Shown here in pieces: positions 60,576 through 64,000 of a stretch of DNA of 64,000 nucleotides (position 1 is its first letter; the number at the start of each line of letters is the position of its first letter). The stretch comes from Candidatus Eiseniibacteriota bacterium (lineage in GTDB: Bacteria; Eisenbacteria; RBG-16-71-46). Position numbers and translations under genes: made by a program. The DNA lies in contig JBBRLX010000015.1 of NCBI GenBank assembly GCA_038231135.1, positions 1-64,000 of the forward strand, given 5' to 3'. The notes beneath the pieces are model-generated. The model saw only the letters and a program-made list of their open reading frames with translations. It was not told the origin of the DNA and ran no database searches.

Positions 60576-60906
60576 GGATCCTCCGGGCAGAGCCCTGGCG
60601 CCGGTCGTCGTTCTGCGGCCGCAGAACGACTTCAGGGGCAAGGCTTTGGGGGTTTCTGGGCTACGGTGGCGCCGCGCCGGGACCGGGCAACGGGTTCACC
60701 AGCGCCGCGACTGAGCAAGGGGATTATGTCAGATGCGGAGGCGGCCCGGGAGCATGACTTTTCGGGGACCCCGCAATGAAATAACCGGGAAATCGTCCGA
60801 TGGCTGGGGATCCCGCAACGCTGGCCCCGCGAGGGCGGGCGGGCCACACGGCCGGTAACGGCCGACGCGCCTGCCGCGACGGGTGCGGGCGGGGGTGCGG
60901 CCGCCA

Positions 60907-62325
60907 TCAACGGGCGGCGCGCGCCTCCTGGCGCATCAGGTGGATCGCCAGGCCGTCGGCGTCCTCCGCGGCTTCCCCGATCGCCTCCATGAGCGTCGGA
61001 TGAGCGTGGATCGCCTGGGCCAGATCCTTCACGTTCAGGTCGGCGGCGATCGCGAGCGAGCATTCGTGGATCAGCTCGCTGGCCCGGTAGCCGATGATAT
61101 GCGCGCCCAGCACCTGGTCGGTGCCGGCGTCCCCAACGATCTTCACGAACCCGGTGGTCTCGCCGTCCGCGATGTTGCGGCCATGGGCACGGAACGGGAA
61201 CCGCCCGATCTTCACCTGCCGCCCCTGCTCCTTCGCCTCCCGCTCGGTGAGCCCGACGCTCGCGATCTCGGGGATCGTGAACGTGGCCGCCGGGACCGCG
61301 CGCCAGTTCGTCTGCGCCGTGTGCCCCGCGATGATCTCGGCGGCGGCCTTGCCCTGCGCGGACGCGAAGTGGGCGAGCTGGCGGATGTCGGTGACGTCGC
61401 CGATCGCGAAGATGCCCGGCACCGAGGTCTGCAGCCTGTCGTTGACGGCAATCTTGCCGCGGTCGCCGCGGGCGACGCCGAGCGCTTCGATCCCCAGGCC
61501 GTCGGCATATGGGCGCCGGCCCGTGGCGACGAGCACGGTGTCGACTTCCACCGTCTTGCCGCCGGCGAGCGTGAGCACCACGGAGCCGTTGGGGCCGTCC
61601 TTCATGCCGTCGACCTTGGTGCCGAGGTTCAGGTCGATCTTCTGCTTCTTCATCTCGCGCTCGAGCAACTGCGCGATCTCGTCGTCCTCGGCGGGCACCA
61701 GCCGCGGCAGCATCTCGATCAGCGTCACCTGGGTGCCCAGCGCGGCGAAGAAGCACGCGAACTCGCAACCCACCACGCCGCCGCCCAGCACCGCCAGCCG
61801 CTTGGGCTGCTTCGTCATCTCGAGCGCCTCCTTGCTGGTGATGACGCGCTCGCCGTCGAGCGCGAACCCGGGCGGCATCGTGGCGTAGGCGCCGGTGGCG
61901 ATAATCACGTTGTCGGCCGTGATCTCGGTGGTCTTGCCGGCCGCCGTCACCACGATGCGGTTCGGATTCGTGAGTTTCGCGGCGCCGGCGTGGATGTCGA
62001 CCTGCCGGCCGACGAGCAGCGTCTTCACGCCGCCCGTGAGCTGCTTCACCACCTTGTTCTTGCGTTCGAGCAGCACCGGCCAGTTGATCTTCGGCTCGCC
62101 GACGTCGATGCCGAACTCCCTGGCCCGCCGGATCTGCTCGAACAGATGGGCCGTCATGATCCAGGCCTTGGTGGGGATGCAGCCCCAGTTGAGACAGGTG
62201 CCGCCGAGTTCGTCCTTTTCGACGACGGCGGTATCGAGACCGAGCTGGGCGGCGCGGATCGCCCCGACATAGCCGCCGGGACCGGTGCCGATGATGACAA
62301 CCTTGTAACGTTTGGATTCGGGCAT
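60907..62325 (-). CDS. lpdA: Dihydrolipoyl dehydrogenase
   Basis: GTGPGG, GGTCLNWGCIP, GGGVVG, HAHPTLME. Confidence 0.96.
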   Translation of the reverse strand: MPESKRYKVVIIGTGPGGYVGAIRAAQLGLDTAVVEKDELGGTCLNWGCIPTKAWIMTAHLFEQIRRAREFGIDVGEPKINWPVLLERKNKVVKQLTGGVKTLLVGRQVDIHAGAAKLTNPNRIVVTAAGKTTEITADNVIIATGAYATMPPGFALDGERVITSKEALEMTKQPKRLAVLGGGVVGCEFACFFAALGTQVTLIEMLPRLVPAEDDEIAQLLEREMKKQKIDLNLGTKVDGMKDGPNGSVVLTLAGGKTVEVDTVLVATGRRPYADGLGIEALGVARGDRGKIAVNDRLQTSVPGIFAIGDVTDIRQLAHFASAQGKAAAEIIAGHTAQTNWRAVPAATFTIPEIASVGLTEREAKEQGRQVKIGRFPFRAHGRNIADGETTGFVKIVGDAGTDQVLGAHIIGYRASELIHECSLAIAADLNVKDLAQAIHAHPTLMEAIGEAAEDADGLAIHLMRQEARAAR

Positions 62326-62384
62326 GGGGCGAGTTTTCGACGGAACGCGGCCGGATGTCAAACCGCCGCGGCGGCGCTTCGCCG

Positions 62385-63188
62385 CTACTGCGTCAGCGGC
62401 GGCGCCGCCCGGCCGGTCTTCTTCTGGATGCGCTTCACGGCGTCGATCAACGGCTGCTGCATCTCGGTGGGCGGGCTGCTCTCCATCGCGCGGTGGTAGT
62501 ACTTGAGCGCGGCGTCGTCCTCGCCGCGATGCTCGCTCACGATGCCGAGGTTGAACAGCGCCACCGGCTGGTGCGGGTCGCGCTCGAGCGCCAGGTGGAA
62601 ATGCCGCTCGGCTTCGTCAGCGTTGCCGAGATTGTAGTAGCACACCCCCTCGTCCACGATCGACGTGGCGAGGCTGGAATCGCGGCGGATCGCCGCCCGA
62701 TAGTGGACGATGGCTTCCGACCAGTTGCCGGTGTCGTACAGCACGTCGGCGAGGCCGACCTGCGCCTGCACGTTGGTGGAGTCCTTGGCCAGCTCGGCCC
62801 GCATCTGGTCGGCGCGCTTCTGCTGCCCCTCGCGCGCGCCCTCGACCGGCTGCTGCTGGCGGTCGAGGTTGACCTTGACCGCCAGCCACACGAGCGCCAT
62901 GGCGGCGAACGCCGCAAACAACAGCCAGAGCGACACCACCTGAGGATCGGACCGCGGCGGACGGCGCTGGGGCCGGCGCGGCACGATCGGGATCCCCGGT
63001 TCGGACGAGGCGCTGCCGGCCTGGCCGTCCGTGGGGCCGGGAGCGCCGGATGCGCCGCCTGCGGACGATGACTCGGACGGGGGATCGCTGCCCGGTGCCC
63101 CTGTCAGGGGAAAGCCACAGTGCTCGCAGATCGCGGCGCCGGGCACATTTCGATGTCCGCAGTCGGGACAGACGTTCGGGGAATCCAT
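62385..63188 (-). CDS. Zinc-ribbon / TM / TPR protein
   Basis: CPDCG...CEHCG, single TM, C-terminal TPRs. Confidence 0.85.
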   Translation of the reverse strand: MDSPNVCPDCGHRNVPGAAICEHCGFPLTGAPGSDPPSESSSAGGASGAPGPTDGQAGSASSEPGIPIVPRRPQRRPPRSDPQVVSLWLLFAAFAAMALVWLAVKVNLDRQQQPVEGAREGQQKRADQMRAELAKDSTNVQAQVGLADVLYDTGNWSEAIVHYRAAIRRDSSLATSIVDEGVCYYNLGNADEAERHFHLALERDPHQPVALFNLGIVSEHRGEDDAALKYYHRAMESSPPTEMQQPLIDAVKRIQKKTGRAAPPLTQ

Positions 63189-63278
63189 CGCGGCGATACT
63201 AGGTGCGGGCCCGCGGCGCCGACAAGCGCGCGGTTCGGTTGCTCCCACCGGGAGCGGGTGATAGCGTCCTAGGCTTCC

Positions 63279-64000
63279 ATGCGAATCCCACGGTGGTTCC
63301 CGCTCTGTGCCACGCTCTGTGCCACGCTCTGTGCCACGCTCTATCTCGTCCTTCCCGGCCTGGCGAACGCGGAGCAGGCGCATGTCACGCTGCTTCATAC
63401 GACGGACCTCCACGGCGCGCTGACCGGCTGGGACTATGCGCGGGATCGCGCCGCCCACGGCGGCCTCGCGCGCATCGCCACGCTGGTGCGGGCCGCCCGT
63501 GCCGAGGGCACGCCCACACTGCTGGTCGACGCCGGCGACGCCACCGAGGGCGGCATCGAGACGCCGTACCGGATGGGTCCGCAGCGCCACGTCGATCCGA
63601 TGGTCATCGCCATGAATGCGCTGGCCTACGACGCCATGACGGTCGGCAACCACGAGTTCGATCGCGGCTTCGCGGCGCTCGAGCGCACCCGCAGCGCCAC
63701 CAAGTTCCCGTGGCTCGGGGCGAACGTGCTGGCGCGGGGCAGCACCCGGCCGTTGTTCGTGCCGTCGATCGTGAAGCAGGCGGGCCCGCTGCGCATCGGC
63801 ATCATCGGCATCTGCACTCCCGCGGTGCCGCGGTTCCTAGACTCCACGCTCGTGGCGGGCGTCCAGTTCGGCGATCCCGTCGCTGCCGCGCGGCGCGAAG
63901 CGACCCGGCTCCGCAAGCAGGAGCGCTGCGACGCGGTGATCCTGGTGGCGCACACCGGCCTCGAGCGCGATCCGGTGACCGGCGTCGAGCGCACCGGCGA
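63279..64000 (+). CDS. Secreted 5'-nucleotidase / 2',3'-cyclic phosphodiesterase family protein (runs off the window; absent from the ORF track)
   Basis: Translated by hand: TLLHTTDLHG, LVDAGD, YDAMTVGNHEFD, FPWLGANV, AHTG. Confidence 0.9.
   Translation, partial: MRIPRWFPLCATLCATLCATLYLVLPGLANAEQAHVTLLHTTDLHGALTGWDYARDRAAHGGLARIATLVRAARAEGTPTLLVDAGDATEGGIETPYRMGPQRHVDPMVIAMNALAYDAMTVGNHEFDRGFAALERTRSATKFPWLGANVLARGSTRPLFVPSIVKQAGPLRIGIIGICTPAVPRFLDSTLVAGVQFGDPVAAARREATRLRKQERCDAVILVAHTGLERDPVTGVERTG
63301..63342 (+). repeat. 12-bp tandem repeat (CGCTCTGTGCCA x3.5) in the signal-peptide coding region
   Basis: Directly visible; encodes LCAT x3. Confidence 0.9.

Noticed and set aside
1..64000. 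CRISPR array, rRNA, intact integrase or transposase, or in-frame UGA selenoprotein
   Set aside because: None seen by eye; a SECIS-aware search would be needed to exclude small selenoproteins

Overview
A high-GC bacterial chromosome segment. The gene order and the FlgD-type secreted protease suggest the FCB-related Ca. Eisenbacteria or a similar lineage (inference). Positions 1-14250 are a visibly lower-GC island. It carries a GHKL ATPase, an APC permease / nucleotidyltransferase-like / metallophosphoesterase operon, two large orphan proteins, a PLP decarboxylase and a frameshifted threonine aldolase. The island ends at a tRNA-Tyr gene cut just after its anticodon loop, and a tRNA-Ser fragment cut at the same position lies about 450 bp inside. 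The rest is mostly core genes on the minus strand: cysS, ddl, gltX, ispF/ispD, radA, mlaDFE, dnaB with a mini-intein, UDG, coaBC, rpoZ, gmk, yicC, selB, murA, prmC, prfA, rpmE, rho, a YbbR-like gene, PP2C, an S8 protease and lpdA. Best candidate for an undescribed system (15058-18781): a small secreted-protein gene, then a TPR-sensor sigma54 activator, then palindromic enhancer sites and a -24/-12 promoter driving a ~465-nt highly structured RNA with no convincing ORF. This looks like a peptide-sensing circuit with an RNA output. Second candidate: a four-gene cassette between prfA and prmC encoding a membrane protein, a CPHC thioredoxin-like protein and two Cys-paired hydrophobic peptides. All calls come from reading motifs by eye; no searches were run.
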